36,408 nucleotides of DNA from IMG/VR virus record IMGVR_UViG_3300020042_011602, positions 1 to 36,408 of that record. One strand, 5' to 3'. This DNA is from a virus (taxonomy: Duplodnaviria; Caudoviricetes). The notes under the pieces are model-generated. The model was not told the DNA's origin. It did no database searches and saw only the letters and a program-made list of their open reading frames with translations. Made by a program: the position numbers and the translations under genes. Numbering within the stretch: position 1 is the stretch's first letter; every line of letters starts with the position of its first letter. Positions 35,906 through 36,408 of this stretch are shown piece after piece.

Positions 35906-35945
35906 AACTTGTCTTTTTATCTTTATTTATACCTCAATATACGAA

Positions 35946-36065
35946 TCAATCTTCACACCCTTTATTCCTGTGCTTGTCTTTACGTGTGTACTTTTTTCTA
36001 TTCCTATACACGTTGGGTCGCGTTGCGGCCTGTAATTCCTGAACTGTTACTTCTATTGTCTTCAT
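35946..36065 (-). CDS. ArfA-like basic peptide (39 aa)
   Basis: MKTIEVTVQELQAATRPNVYRNRKKYTRKDKHRNKGCED; promoter core at 36075. Confidence 0.65.
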   Translation of the reverse strand: MKTIEVTVQELQAATRPNVYRNRKKYTRKDKHRNKGCED

Positions 36066-36235
36066 GATGTTTTAAATATACGAAAGCAGAATGATAACCT
36101 ACAGTCCCCTGTAAGTTTTCTTTTAATTATACAATGAGTGAACATTACTTGTGATTGCTGGAAATACTTTTGTACCCTATACGATGTTGCTATTTCCTAA
36201 ATCGTTACCCTAATGTCCCTAATACATATGGAGAA

Positions 36236-36408
36236 TATACGAAAGATATTTAAAATTAAGAGCATGAAGCCAAAGAAAGATAAAGTGATCCAGTTGATCA
36301 ACCCGATTGAGTTAGTGGTCTTACCCCACATATTAAGGTTCGATGACTCAATTATACACCTAAATTAGGGTGATAGGTCAGTGGCGTATTGGATGACGCT
36401 CCCGATCA
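36236..36408. repeat. 173-nt inverted copy of 34750-34922
   Basis: Reverse-complement match with 3 substitutions (36245, 36344, 36400); runs to the window end. Confidence 0.95.

Larger units (their letters stand above)
34600..35968 (-). repeat. Dispersed repeated early promoter GG(A/C)ATAA(G/A)-N15-TTCGTATATT-N3-GTATAAA
   Basis: Five copies at 34600-34632, 35142-35174, 35550-35582, 35730-35762 and 35936-35968 with identical spacing; partial copies at 36075, 36234, 32231. Confidence 0.85.

Noticed and set aside
34600-36243. CRISPR-like array from the recurring AATATACGAA repeat
   Set aside because: Spacing is irregular (140-540 nt), the intervals contain ORFs, and the repeat has promoter geometry
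34750-36408. DGR template/variable repeat pair
   Set aside because: No reverse transcriptase in the window, only 3 mismatches and not all at adenines on one strand, inverted and cut by the window end

Overview
Segment of a large, AT-rich myovirus-type bacteriophage genome. Virtually all real genes are on the minus strand and use standard code 11. The host is probably Bacteroidota, judging by TTTG-N19/20-TAnnTTnn promoters, no Shine-Dalgarno sequences and an Hc1-like protein. In transcription order (right to left): (i) 33.0-36.2 kb is an early-type region of tiny genes, each behind a repeated promoter (GGAATAAG-N15-TTCGTATATT). It includes an ArfA-like peptide, an AT-hook repeat protein and a degenerate tRNA. 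The last 173 nt are an inverted copy of 34750-34922. (ii) 29-32 kb holds an HD hydrolase, a T5orf172 protein and a gp55-like sigma factor. (iii) 13.9-28.9 kb is the baseplate/tail module (gp5-like, gp25, gp6/J-like, 1733-aa wedge), unusually rich in [ST]GS tripeptides. (iv) 11.7-13.9 kb holds a GIY-YIG protein, a primase and a PD-(D/E)XK exonuclease. (v) 0.7-11.7 kb is an array of late-promoter (ATATTTATA) genes whose products share short N-terminal leaders ending in [LI]xE, two of them with RMQxLAGI. The leaders are fused to varied payloads: kinase, nucleotidyltransferase-metallopeptidase, HAD phosphatase, nuclease and glycine-zipper membrane peptides. I infer that this is a capsid-loaded, protease-matured cargo system, and it is the best candidate for an undescribed system. 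(vi) A truncated FAD oxidoreductase lies at the left edge. All family calls come from motif recognition by eye; no database searches were run.
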